NCBI GenBank assembly: GCA_903922465.1
Contig: CAIXTV010000067.1
Location: 216-64,215, forward strand
Source of the DNA: an uncultured bacterium
GTDB taxonomy: Bacteria > Bacteroidota > Bacteroidia > Bacteroidales > CAIXTV01
Direction: 5' to 3'
Length of the DNA: 64,000 bases
The position numbers and the translations under genes were made by a program. Within the stretch, counting starts at the first letter, position 1; each line of letters begins with the position of its first letter. The notes under the pieces are model-generated. The model was not told the origin of the DNA and made no database searches. It was given only the letters and a program-made list of their open reading frames with translations. Positions 1 to 11,548 of this stretch are shown one piece after another.

Positions 1-2
1 AC

Positions 3-1076
3 GACCTCACCGTCCCCTTTGCCCGTTTCGTGGTGCAGCATCGCGATAAGCTGATGTTCCCTTTTAAAAGATATCAGATACAACCCGTTTGGCGTGCCGA
101 CCGACCTCAGAAAGGCCGTTACCGTGAGTTTTTTCAGTGTGATGTGGATGTAATTGGCAGCAATTCATTGCTCAACGAAGTTGAATTGATACGCATTATT
201 GCTGAAGTTTTCCAACGCCTGAATATACAGGTGAAAATCCATCTGAACAACAGAAAAATATTAGCCGGCATAGCCGACGTGCTTGATTTATCTGACCGCC
301 TAACCGACATTACCGTTGCCATTGATAAGCTTGACAAAATGGGCATAGCCAAAGTGAACGAGGAATTACTTACTAAAGGCATTCCTGCCGAAGCTGTTGA
401 AAGATTGCAACCTCTGTTTGTTGTGAATGCCTCACATCAGGAAACCATCAACAGCATTTCCGGCATTATTGCAAGCTCCGAAATCGGAATGAAGGGCGTG
501 GAAGAAATGAAATCAGTGCTCGAATACCTATCTGAATTGACTTCGACCGAACAAATTGTTTTCGATTTATCTTTAGCTCGCGGGTTGAACTATTATACCG
601 GCACCATTTTCGAAGTGAGGGCTGCCGATGTGCAAATTGGTAGTATTTGTGGAGGTGGCAGATACGATAACCTTACCGGAATTTTCGGTTTACCCGATGT
701 GTCGGGTGTTGGAATTTCGTTTGGCGCCGACAGGATTTATGATGTAATGAACGAATTGGATGTCTTTCCCGAACAACAAGACGCTTCCTCGAAAGTGCTG
801 CTGGTTAATTTTGGCGGAAAAGAAGAAAGATATGCCCTGAAACTCCTCGAAACTTTCCGCAACAAAGCAATAGCTTCCGAATTATATCCCGATAATGCCA
901 AAATAGGAAAACAATTTGCCTATGCCGACAACAAACAAATACAGTTTGTGATTATAGCCGGCAGCAACGAAATTGAAAACGGAAGTCTTTCGGTTAAAAA
1001 CATGAAAACAGGAGAGCAATACACTGCCGCTGTCGATGAATGTATTGATAAGATTGTCTCCGCTTTAGCTGTATAG
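3..1076 (+). CDS. hisS: Histidine--tRNA ligase, 5'-truncated by window edge
   Basis: Frame open from base 3 (DLTVPFARF); motifs WRADRPQKGRYREFFQCD, ARGLNYYTG, GGGRYD and C-terminal anticodon-binding domain. Confidence 0.96.
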   Translation, partial: DLTVPFARFVVQHRDKLMFPFKRYQIQPVWRADRPQKGRYREFFQCDVDVIGSNSLLNEVELIRIIAEVFQRLNIQVKIHLNNRKILAGIADVLDLSDRLTDITVAIDKLDKMGIAKVNEELLTKGIPAEAVERLQPLFVVNASHQETINSISGIIASSEIGMKGVEEMKSVLEYLSELTSTEQIVFDLSLARGLNYYTGTIFEVRAADVQIGSICGGGRYDNLTGIFGLPDVSGVGISFGADRIYDVMNELDVFPEQQDASSKVLLVNFGGKEERYALKLLETFRNKAIASELYPDNAKIGKQFAYADNKQIQFVIIAGSNEIENGSLSVKNMKTGEQYTAAVDECIDKIVSALAV

Positions 1077-1314
1077 GAAAACACCATATCACAGCTCGAT
1101 TCGCTTGCTTCATTAAGATGTGGGGCGATTTTGCAATTATTCAGCAATGCATAAATCTTCTTTTACTCTTGACTCTTGGCTTCCATCTTTTGTGATATGT
1201 ACATATCTGCAATCTTGTAATTTGTTTTCTTTAATTTGCTGATATTCGTCCTAGGGCTTAAAACTGCTTCATAGACCTAAAGATACTAATTTTCTGAAAT
1301 TAAAAATTTATTAC

Positions 1315-1322
1315 TACTTTTG
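1315..1322 (+). promoter_or_regulatory. Bacteroidota -7 promoter box (TACTTTTG) for tRNA-Gly
   Basis: Matches TAnnTTTG, 13 bp upstream of tRNA. Confidence 0.6.
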
Positions 1323-1335
1323 CCACGTACAACAA

Positions 1336-1408
1336 GCGGTAATAGCTCAGTCGGTAGAGCGTCAGCTTCCCAAGCTGAAGGTCGTGGGTTCGAGACCCAT
1401 TTACCGCT
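1336..1408 (+). tRNA. tRNA-Gly (anticodon CCC)
   Basis: Acceptor stem GCGGTAA/TTACCGC, D arm GCTCAGTCGGTAGAGC, anticodon stem TCAGC-TTCCCAA-GCTGA, T loop GTTCGAG; CCA not encoded. Confidence 0.96.
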
Positions 1409-1420
1409 CTTAAAAAAAGA

Positions 1421-1509
1421 CTCAAATTCAAAGCTCCAAACTTCAAATTCAAAGAATCGTGGAGCTTTTTTTCTTGGAAATGGGACTTGAAATTTGGATC
1501 TTGGAATTT
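1421..1509. repeat. Inverted pair of degenerate heptamer tandem repeats; can fold as a hairpin/terminator after the tRNA
   Basis: ctcaaat tcaaagc tccaaac ttcaaat tcaaaga ... ttggaaa tgggact tgaaatt tggatct tggaatt; aaagctcca/tggagcttt stem followed by T run. Confidence 0.6.
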
Positions 1510-1520
1510 ATTATTGAAAC

Positions 1521-3410
<1,890 letters not shown>

Positions 3411-3453
3411 GCGTTTAGGTGTTTAGATGTTTTGGATTTTGGAACTTGAGATT

Positions 3454-4839
3454 TTACAACTGAGGTTTTTTGTTTCTCACCAAAGAGGCAAACACGCCTA
3501 AGGTGCAAAGAACAGCGAAAAGAATAAACGCAACATGTACACTTTGCATAAACATTTCGCGGTTGGCTGAAATGTTTTTTGTTTCTCCAATATAAAGATG
3601 AATTATTAGCGTTGCAATTCCCATGCTCATCATTTGACCAATCAGCCTCATGGTGCTTACCGTTGCCGAAGCGATTCCTAGGTAACGTTTTTCAACAGCA
3701 CTCATAATTGAATTGGTATTGGGGGATGAAAAGATGCCAAAACCCATTCCCAATATCACAAGGCTGCCGATGATATATATATTACTTGTCCTTTCATCAA
3801 TAAAGACCAATAAAAATAAGCCAACAACAATAATACTCATTCCAAGTGAGGATAAAATATTAGAACTGTATTTATCAGATAACCTGCCCGAAAACGAAGC
3901 AAAGATCGTCATTAATATAGGCTGAGTTACCAATATCATCCCAGCGTCTCTAGGAGGGAAGCCTTTCACATATTGCAGATATAAACTTAGTAAGAAACTA
4001 ATAGCAAAGGTTGCTGCATAATTAATTAAGGCTGCTAGGTTGGCAAAAGCAAAGACTTTATTGTTCTTAAAAAGATGAATATTCAGCACAGGATATTTAG
4101 TGTGAAGCTCAAACCACACAAACCAAATCATTCCTAATATACCAATGGCCGTAAATATAATGGCAAAAGTGTCGGGCAGTTTGGTAAAGCCAAACATGAG
4201 AATACTCATGAATATCATATATATAGCAGAGCCCTTTATGTCGAATTTCTCTCCTTTTGCATCTGACCAGTCTGTCTTTAAATACAACAGGGTGATGAAA
4301 ATCACCAAAACACTTACGGGAATCGTTATATAAAACAAACTTCTCCAGCCTAGATATTGAGTAAGTATTCCTCCTAACACAGGTGCAGCAGACAAACCTA
4401 AGTACACAGCCGAAACAACTATTCCTATAGCTTTTCCTCTTTCTTGTGGAGGAAATGCTGAAGTAATCATGGCCATTCCTGTGCCAAACATCATAGCGCC
4501 TCCAACGCCTTGAATTACCCTTGCGAACAATAGCATGGGGGTTGAAACAGAAACAGCACATAGGGCAGAAGCTGCAGTTAATATGATGTTCCCATATAAA
4601 AATATCCGTTTTCGTCCTACCATATCAGCAATTTTACCCATAGGGACGAGGAATACTGCCGAAGCTAAGAGAAAAGACATTCCTACCCAACTCATGGTGA
4701 TGGCATCCATTTGAAAAGCCTCAGCAATTTTAGGTAGCGCAATATTAACAGCTGCACCTAGAAAAGGATTAATAAAAGAGGTTAATATTACTACCAGAAG
4801 CAGTATGTTTTTGTTATAACTTTGTTGCTGTGTATGCAT
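3454..4839 (-). CDS. MFS transporter (DHA2/EmrB-QacA-like)
   Basis: ~14 hydrophobic segments, motif A GKIADMVGRKR, LGGILTQYLGWRSLF. Confidence 0.9.
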   Translation of the reverse strand: MHTQQQSYNKNILLLVVILTSFINPFLGAAVNIALPKIAEAFQMDAITMSWVGMSFLLASAVFLVPMGKIADMVGRKRIFLYGNIILTAASALCAVSVSTPMLLFARVIQGVGGAMMFGTGMAMITSAFPPQERGKAIGIVVSAVYLGLSAAPVLGGILTQYLGWRSLFYITIPVSVLVIFITLLYLKTDWSDAKGEKFDIKGSAIYMIFMSILMFGFTKLPDTFAIIFTAIGILGMIWFVWFELHTKYPVLNIHLFKNNKVFAFANLAALINYAATFAISFLLSLYLQYVKGFPPRDAGMILVTQPILMTIFASFSGRLSDKYSSNILSSLGMSIIVVGLFLLVFIDERTSNIYIIGSLVILGMGFGIFSSPNTNSIMSAVEKRYLGIASATVSTMRLIGQMMSMGIATLIIHLYIGETKNISANREMFMQSVHVAFILFAVLCTLGVFASLVRNKKPQL

Positions 4840-4862
4840 TTGATTATATTAATAAAATAGGT

Positions 4863-6635
4863 TTAATAATTCCCAGGATTTGAAAGTTTTTCTGCTTCCT
4901 TAGCATCAAAAATCTTTGCAACGGGGTAAATGTTGAGTTTTTCATCCCACCAAAGAGAACGGGCATAGAACCAATTCAGGATTTCTTCAGGGTTTTTTGA
5001 AAAGGTTGTGTCACTTTGTTTTTTATTTTCGAATTCTACTTTTAAAGCAGGGTTTTGTTGCAGCATTTCGCGGGCTAATTTTTCCATCACATACGATTCG
5101 GCATATTCTTTTTGCTGAAAAATAGTATTAAAGAAACCCCATTTAAGATAGGAATCGGGTGCATCAGGTTCAAGTATGTGGGCAGCAACTAAGGCCGCAG
5201 GCTGGTTCATACTCACAACCACTGAACCGGCTGGAAAGCTATGTACTGCTTCACTATTATCATATTTAAAACTATTGATCCGCTCCCTACCTTCATAAGG
5301 ACTCTTTGCCCACTTAATCTCCTTCAACAAACTCATCTTAACCTTAATCTTAACCTCTTTCGTCAGCGTGTGAGTTTGAATGCCATGAAGTTTAACCTTA
5401 TTAATCACCTCTATCCATTCAGGAGGAATAATATAGGCTTCTGGTAGGGAAACACATTCGTCAGCCAATTGCTGATTGAAATAGGGGATTTTAAAAGTAG
5501 TAGGTTTGTTGCTATAGGTAAACCACAATCCACCCGAAAGGTCACTCTGTTTGCTCTCATATTCGAAGCCAAGAAAGTCAATCATCACACTGTCTTTGCC
5601 TGGGATGTAACTTACAGGATATTTTGTTTTGCGAAAAGCAGAACTCATAACTATAGAATCGGATGAAGCAATTGCTGCTTTCAATGCTTTGATGTTGGCG
5701 TTAATAATAAGTAAGGACTGGTTAAGCATCTGATAAGTCGCATTCACACGGGACTTATAATCCTTTAGCATGTGGGTTTCGATAAGCAGACAGGGACGAT
5801 TGTGAAGCGCCACATAGCCATTGCAAAGCATAGGAGGCGAAACCCAACTCTCCAATCCACTTCGGGGATCGTGCCATTCGCGGAAAGATATGTAAGGGAT
5901 GATGGGCAATGCCAACTGATTCATGTTTTTCTCCAGAAGAGGCAAATAGGTTTTATTCATCCAATCAGTTACAGGTGCAGGAATATTACCCTGGTTTTCG
6001 ATTCCATAGGTAAGGGTATACTGATAATCGGCCCCATCTGTAACATGACAATCAATCACCATGCAAGGTTTATAGGTGTTGAACATCTTCAGCCAGCTTT
6101 GCATTTCGGGTGCATCTGCTTTCATAAAATCGCGATTCAGATTATAGTTCTGTGCCGTAGTTCTCCAACCTGCTTCTATAGGACCATTTTGATTAATCCG
6201 ATTATAAGGGCCAAAACGTTCGTGGCCGTCAACATTTAAAATAGGAATAAATAAGATATTCACCTTGTCGATAAGAGATTGTAGCTTTTTATTGACGGCT
6301 ATATCTCTTATTAGCATCAGTCCAGCGTCTTTTCCATCGGGTTCGCCGGCGTGAATACATGCCTGAATGAGAACGTAAGGTTTTTCTGTTTTATCGTTTG
6401 TTTTTTTTATTATCAATAAAGGCAATCCTCTCCCCTGAGGGCTGTTGCCAAAATAGCTAAACTGAACAGAAGGAGAGGCTTTAGAGAGTTTTTTGCAATA
6501 GGAAACCACTTCATCATAAGAAGCTGTTTCCTTGAAATCAGATTTCTCATAATAAGTAGTGAGATCCTGTGCTTTTAGGTTTACACTACTAATGAAAAAC
6601 AATAATCCTATTATCCCCAAAACTCCTTTCTTCAT
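4863..6635 (-). CDS. Secreted M14 family zinc carboxypeptidase-like protein
   Basis: Signal peptide; IHAGE zinc motif, NVDG, NLNRD, DCH. Confidence 0.85.
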   Translation of the reverse strand: MKKGVLGIIGLLFFISSVNLKAQDLTTYYEKSDFKETASYDEVVSYCKKLSKASPSVQFSYFGNSPQGRGLPLLIIKKTNDKTEKPYVLIQACIHAGEPDGKDAGLMLIRDIAVNKKLQSLIDKVNILFIPILNVDGHERFGPYNRINQNGPIEAGWRTTAQNYNLNRDFMKADAPEMQSWLKMFNTYKPCMVIDCHVTDGADYQYTLTYGIENQGNIPAPVTDWMNKTYLPLLEKNMNQLALPIIPYISFREWHDPRSGLESWVSPPMLCNGYVALHNRPCLLIETHMLKDYKSRVNATYQMLNQSLLIINANIKALKAAIASSDSIVMSSAFRKTKYPVSYIPGKDSVMIDFLGFEYESKQSDLSGGLWFTYSNKPTTFKIPYFNQQLADECVSLPEAYIIPPEWIEVINKVKLHGIQTHTLTKEVKIKVKMSLLKEIKWAKSPYEGRERINSFKYDNSEAVHSFPAGSVVVSMNQPAALVAAHILEPDAPDSYLKWGFFNTIFQQKEYAESYVMEKLAREMLQQNPALKVEFENKKQSDTTFSKNPEEILNWFYARSLWWDEKLNIYPVAKIFDAKEAEKLSNPGNY

Positions 6636-6644
6636 AAATTTCTT

Positions 6645-7391
6645 TTATTTTTTACCCTGATTGGCTACGGCGTCCATCAGTTTCTTTATTTCTTCCGCAT
6701 CACCAAGAAAATAATCGGCTTGCAATTGCATGTTTTCATCGAATTCAAAAACATAAGGAATGCCTGTGGGGAGATTTAAACTAATAATGTCTGCATCACC
6801 GATGTTTTTTATGTGTTTGATGATGCCCCTAAGGCTATTTCCATGTGCTGCTACCAACACTTGTTTGTTTTTCTTCAAGGTGGGCACCATTTCCTCTTCC
6901 CAATAAGGTACGATTCGGTTCACGGTATCTTTTAATGATTCGGTTGCGGGCTGTGCGCCTGCTTCTGTGATATTGCTATACTTAACATCATTTTTAGGAT
7001 TCGTAGGGTCGTTATCTGTTAACGGAGGAGGTGGAACATCATAACTGCGTCTCCAAAGCAATACTTGTTGTTCGCCATGTTTTTCTACCATTTCTGTTTT
7101 ATTTAAGCCTTGTAGATTACCGTAATGTTTTTCGTTCAAACGCCAGGTTTTCAAAACGGGAATCCACATCAAATCCATTTCTTCCAAAATAGAATTTAAT
7201 GTATGAATGGCTCTTTTTAAGTAGGAAGTGTAGGCTACTTTAAAGAAAAATCCTTCTTTTTTGAGGAGAATGCCGGCATCTTTAGCTTCTTGCCGACCTT
7301 TATCGGATAAATCTACATCTGTCCAACCGGTAAAGCGGTTTTCTTTGTTCCACTGGCTCTCGCCGTGTCTTATCAATACTATTTTATACAT
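6645..7391 (-). CDS. gpmA: 2,3-bisphosphoglycerate-dependent phosphoglycerate mutase
   Basis: [37 protein letters not shown]. Confidence 0.96.
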   Translation of the reverse strand: MYKIVLIRHGESQWNKENRFTGWTDVDLSDKGRQEAKDAGILLKKEGFFFKVAYTSYLKRAIHTLNSILEEMDLMWIPVLKTWRLNEKHYGNLQGLNKTEMVEKHGEQQVLLWRRSYDVPPPPLTDNDPTNPKNDVKYSNITEAGAQPATESLKDTVNRIVPYWEEEMVPTLKKNKQVLVAAHGNSLRGIIKHIKNIGDADIISLNLPTGIPYVFEFDENMQLQADYFLGDAEEIKKLMDAVANQGKK

Positions 7392-7465
7392 GAGGTTAAT
7401 TTGTTTATTGTATGTTTTTACTAAATATTCTAATTTACTGTTTTTAACTTTAAGTACTCCAAACT

Positions 7466-8266
7466 TTAGCTCACTTTAAGTACTTTCTTATGTTGCTTAA
7501 TGAAATAAATCATCAAACCCACGCCTGTGAGGATGAAGGGTATGCTTAGCCATTGTCCCATATCGAGCATCATATCTTTTTCGAAATTCTCTTGTGTGTC
7601 TTTAATGAATTCTATTAAAAACCTAAATGAGAAAAGAAGTATTAAAAAGGTTGAGAAGATTATGCCTCTGATGGGTTTTCCTTTGGCTTTTATATAATAC
7701 CATAATAAAAGAACAAAAATAATTAGGCAGGCAATGGCTTCGTATATTTGGGTTGGATGGCGAGGAATGTTATCATCTCTGATAAATTGAAATGCCCAGG
7801 GAAGGTCGGTGGCCTTGCCATATATTTCTGAATTAATCAGGTTTCCTATTCTAATAAACATTCCGGTGAGGGCTGTTACAATTACAATTCGGTCGAGGAC
7901 CCAGAAATAGTCAATCTTATAACGTCGGGAAAACAAGTAACAGGCCAATAGTATGCCTAATGCGCCCCCATGACTGGCCAAACCTCCTTGCCATATATAT
8001 AATATTTTGATAGGTTCGTGCCAATAAAGTTGAGGTTCATAAAACAAAACATGTCCTAATCGTGCTCCTATTACGGTTCCAACTACCAAATAAACCGTTA
8101 GATTATCAACCAAACGGACATCCATTTTTTCGTATTTTAAGAAACGGCTGACGATGATGAAGCTAACATAAAAGCCTAAGGCAAATAAAACTCCATACCA
8201 TCTGATGGCAAAGCTGCCAAATCTTATTAATTCGGGATTTGCATCCCATACAATGTATCCTGTCAT
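7466..8266 (-). CDS. lgt: Prolipoprotein diacylglyceryl transferase (paralog 2)
   Basis: [44 protein letters not shown]. Confidence 0.93.
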   Translation of the reverse strand: MTGYIVWDANPELIRFGSFAIRWYGVLFALGFYVSFIIVSRFLKYEKMDVRLVDNLTVYLVVGTVIGARLGHVLFYEPQLYWHEPIKILYIWQGGLASHGGALGILLACYLFSRRYKIDYFWVLDRIVIVTALTGMFIRIGNLINSEIYGKATDLPWAFQFIRDDNIPRHPTQIYEAIACLIIFVLLLWYYIKAKGKPIRGIIFSTFLILLFSFRFLIEFIKDTQENFEKDMMLDMGQWLSIPFILTGVGLMIYFIKQHKKVLKVS

Positions 8267-9069
8267 AGTGTTTGTTGTTTTTTCTTTTCCCTTTTATAGG
8301 CAAGCCAAAGGAAGGTGAATCCGAGTAAAATAAATGGAATGCTTAGTATTTGTCCCATATTGATGAATAATTCGTGTTCGAAATCGACCTGCACATCTTT
8401 GACAAATTCAATGAAAAAGCGGGCGGTGAATAAGGAGATGATAAACCAGGCGGAAAAGAATCCTTCTTTGATGTTGCCTTTCTTTATGAAATATAATAGA
8501 AGTAGGGTGAGGAAGATAATGAAATAGGCGAGTGCTTCATATATTTGAGTGGGATGTCGCGCAAGGGTTTCGCCGGCTCTAACATATATGAAACCCCAGG
8601 GTAGTTGGGTGGGTTTGCCATAAATCTCTGAGTTCATTAGGTTGCCTAATCTGACAAAACAGGCTACTAAAGCAATGACAATGACTGCTCTGTCGAACAC
8701 CCACCATACCGAACGTTTGAATTGTTTTGAATAGATGATGGAACCTGCAAGCAATCCGATTGCACCCCCATGGCTGGCTAAACCGCCCTTCCATACTTGC
8801 ACCAACTCAAAGAGATGATCTTTGTAATAGCCCCATTCGTAGAAGAGACAATGGCCGAGGCGTGCGCCAATGACTGTGCCTAAAATAAGGTAGAGTGATA
8901 ATAGGTCTTGTTCCTTTTGAGGAATGTTTTCGCGCGATAATATTTTTCCAAGTATGAGATAGCCTAACAAAAAAGAAACGGCGAACAACATTCCATACCA
9001 ACGAATTGCATGGCTTCCGATACTAAATATCTCGGGGCTTGCATTCCAGACTATAGAAATAATTGTCAT
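8263..9069 (-). CDS. lgt: Prolipoprotein diacylglyceryl transferase (paralog 1)
   Basis: [44 protein letters not shown]; 4-bp ATGA overlap with next gene. Confidence 0.93.
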   Translation of the reverse strand: MTIISIVWNASPEIFSIGSHAIRWYGMLFAVSFLLGYLILGKILSRENIPQKEQDLLSLYLILGTVIGARLGHCLFYEWGYYKDHLFELVQVWKGGLASHGGAIGLLAGSIIYSKQFKRSVWWVFDRAVIVIALVACFVRLGNLMNSEIYGKPTQLPWGFIYVRAGETLARHPTQIYEALAYFIIFLTLLLLYFIKKGNIKEGFFSAWFIISLFTARFFIEFVKDVQVDFEHELFINMGQILSIPFILLGFTFLWLAYKREKKKQQTL

Positions 9070-9279
9070 GTGATATTTTTTACAAAACTACCTAAAATCA
9101 TCATTCGTGGGCTTATGAATAGAAAAATCTTCTTTAATACTGAATAATGACGAAGATACAAGGCGCAAATTTCACGTTCAAACTTCCTTGAAATCTTCTT
9201 TTTTTTTCCTTCAAACAAGATTAAACTCATTTATTCGTTCAATATTTATAATTTTGTGCTTGCATCTCAAGATAAAACT

Positions 9280-10617
9280 TTGAAAAAATTAGTGCGTAAC
9301 TTACATCTTCTGCTTTTTGTATTCGTCCTTTGGGGACAAATGCTATTGTGCACTGTGAATGCTTATTCGCAGGATAAGAAAGCTAAGTTGCAGCAAACGA
9401 AAAAGCAGATTGAGAAGGAAATTGAGTATACCACCAAATTGCTTGCTGATACTAAGAAAAACAAGCAGGCTTCGTTAAATCAGATTAACATTCTTAAAAA
9501 TCAGATTAAAAAGCGTGAAGAACTTATAGTGAACATCAATAGCGAGTTGGATGAACTTGAAGGAGAAATTAACACCCATCAGCAAGAAATTGAGCATTTG
9601 GGAGTTCAGCTTAAGGATCTTAAAGCTGAATATGCCCGCATGATTTATTATGCTTACACTAACCGCAATTCGTATGACAGGATGTTGTTTGTTTTTGCTT
9701 CTAAGGATTTCAATCAGGCATATAAGCGTTTAAAGTACTTTAAACAATATTCGTCTTATCTTAAGAAACAGGCCGACCTCATTCAGAATACCCAGCAAAA
9801 AATTAACCAGAACATCAGTTCGCTGGAGGTTGAAAAACAGGATAAGGTGAGCCTTGTGACCAAGCAGGTGAATGAAAAAACCAAGCTTACCAAAGAACAG
9901 GAAGAACATAAGACCACGATTTCGAAACTCAAACAAAAAGAAAAGGAGTTGCTGGAAACCTTACGAGAAAAGGAAGCTGTGTCGCGTAAGTTGCAAAAAT
10001 CGATAGAGAATATGATTGCTGAGGAAATTAGGAAGGCGGCCGAAAAAGCCGCTGCTATCGCGGCCGCTAAAGCAATTAAGAAGTTGCCCAAAAAGACTAC
10101 TGTTGTTGTCAATCCCCCGCCCAATGCGACGGTTAATAAAAAGGCTGAGAGTGCTCCTCCTCCAACTAAAATTGAACTATCGCCAGCGGAACTTGTGCTT
10201 GACAATTCGTTCACTAATAATAAAGGTAAACTGCCTTGGCCTACTGAAAAGGGTTTTATTTCCAGTACTTTTGGTGAACATCCTCATCCGGTGTTGAAGG
10301 GTATTAAAACAAAGAATAATGGTATTGATATTCTCACCGAAAAGGGGGCCATTGCTCGTGCTGTGTTTAATGGCGTGGTTACTGGTATTATTTCGCTGCC
10401 AAACTCACAAAAAGCTATCATCATTAGGCATGGTAGCTACCTAAGTGTGTATTCAAATATTGAAAGTGCTTATGTGAAAAGTGGCGATAACATAAAAACC
10501 AAACAATCGTTGGGCAGTATACATTTCGAAGCGGATGATTCAAAAACTGAGCTTCATTTCGAAATCTGGAATAATAAAATAATTCTGAATCCTTCGAGTT
10601 GGCTGTTGCCACATTAA
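9280..10617 (+). CDS. envC: Murein hydrolase activator EnvC-like (coiled coil + degenerate M23/LytM domain)
   Basis: Signal peptide, long coiled coil, KGKLPWP, NNGIDI (His lost), LHFEIW; TTG 9280 preferred because a TAATTTTG box overlaps GTG 9256. Confidence 0.82.
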   Translation: MKKLVRNLHLLLFVFVLWGQMLLCTVNAYSQDKKAKLQQTKKQIEKEIEYTTKLLADTKKNKQASLNQINILKNQIKKREELIVNINSELDELEGEINTHQQEIEHLGVQLKDLKAEYARMIYYAYTNRNSYDRMLFVFASKDFNQAYKRLKYFKQYSSYLKKQADLIQNTQQKINQNISSLEVEKQDKVSLVTKQVNEKTKLTKEQEEHKTTISKLKQKEKELLETLREKEAVSRKLQKSIENMIAEEIRKAAEKAAAIAAAKAIKKLPKKTTVVVNPPPNATVNKKAESAPPPTKIELSPAELVLDNSFTNNKGKLPWPTEKGFISSTFGEHPHPVLKGIKTKNNGIDILTEKGAIARAVFNGVVTGIISLPNSQKAIIIRHGSYLSVYSNIESAYVKSGDNIKTKQSLGSIHFEADDSKTELHFEIWNNKIILNPSSWLLPH

Positions 10618-10656
10618 TAGGCTGGAAAGAGGGCTAAGCTGATGGGAAGGGTAAGA

Positions 10657-10691
10657 TCCAAGACCCAAGCTCCAAGCTCCAAGACCCAAGG
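10657..10691. repeat. Heptamer tandem repeat (5 units)
   Basis: tccaaga cccaagc tccaagc tccaaga cccaagg. Confidence 0.7.
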
Positions 10692-10848
10692 GGTGCGACT
10701 TGTTTGGAATTATCCTGTTTTTAAGGGTTGTTTGACTAAAGTTAGTAAGATTGATGGGAAGGATAAGACCAAAGGTTTAAGTCCTAAGTTTTAAGAAGCA
10801 TGAAATCAGGTGATTTGGATAGATGTTATTGGTTTTTCAAGACGTTTT

Positions 10849-11226
10849 TTTATTACATACCGCGGCAATTTTATTACACTCCGCAACATTAACAGCACAT
10901 CCGGCAAGAGTTTTATTACATACCGCAACTTTAACAGTACATCCGGCAAGATATTCATTACACTCCGCGACTTTAACAGTACATCCGGCAAGAGTTTTAT
11001 TACACTCCGCGACTTTAACAGTACATCCGGCAAGATTATAATTACACTCCGCGACTTTAATAGAATACTCCGCGACTTTAATAGAACATACCGCGGCATT
11101 TTCATTACGCTCCGCGACATTAATGGAACATACCGCGGCATTTTCATTACGCTCCGCGACATTAATGGAACATCGAGAATGTTTTTTATTACACCCGGCG
11201 ATATCAATGGAACATCGGGAGTGATG
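10849..11226. repeat. Tandem array 1: 18 x 21-bp units, mostly alternating A/B (42-bp period)
   Basis: Units tttattacactccgcgacttt / aacagtacatccggcaagagt and variants, contiguous with no spacers. Confidence 0.92.
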
Positions 11227-11522
11227 TATAATATATTGGGTTTGGTAAATAAGACTTCGGGGCGATTTTTTTTTTATTAGGAAAACTGAAACAGTTGTTG
11301 GGAGAGTTTGATAAAGGTGGCTGCCTATATTTTCATGTATATTTATGATAATTATTGAGTAAGGAATTCATTAACGGCCAAATATGGTCTTATTGGCAAA
11401 TGATGAGTATTGGGTTTAAAATTAATGTTTCTAATGATGCATAATTCGAGGTGCTTCTTAGTCGATCTTTTCATTTTTTGAAAAAAAAAATCTTCATCAT
11501 TATTAGGAAAAGGGAAAAATTG

Positions 11523-11530
11523 TATATTTG
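11523..11530 (+). promoter_or_regulatory. -7 promoter box (TATATTTG) for the AAA ATPase pair
   Basis: TAnnTTTG match 18 bp before ATG 11549. Confidence 0.55.
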
Positions 11531-11548
11531 TCATGTAAATTGAATAGT

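Noticed and set aside
1336-1520. Integrative element at tRNA-Gly
   Set aside because: No integrase, and I found no duplicated tRNA 3' end in the window
10806-11280. ORFs over array 1 (10806-11207, 10810-11280, 10823-11041)
   Set aside because: Several frames are open only because the unit is a multiple of 3; no protein-like features
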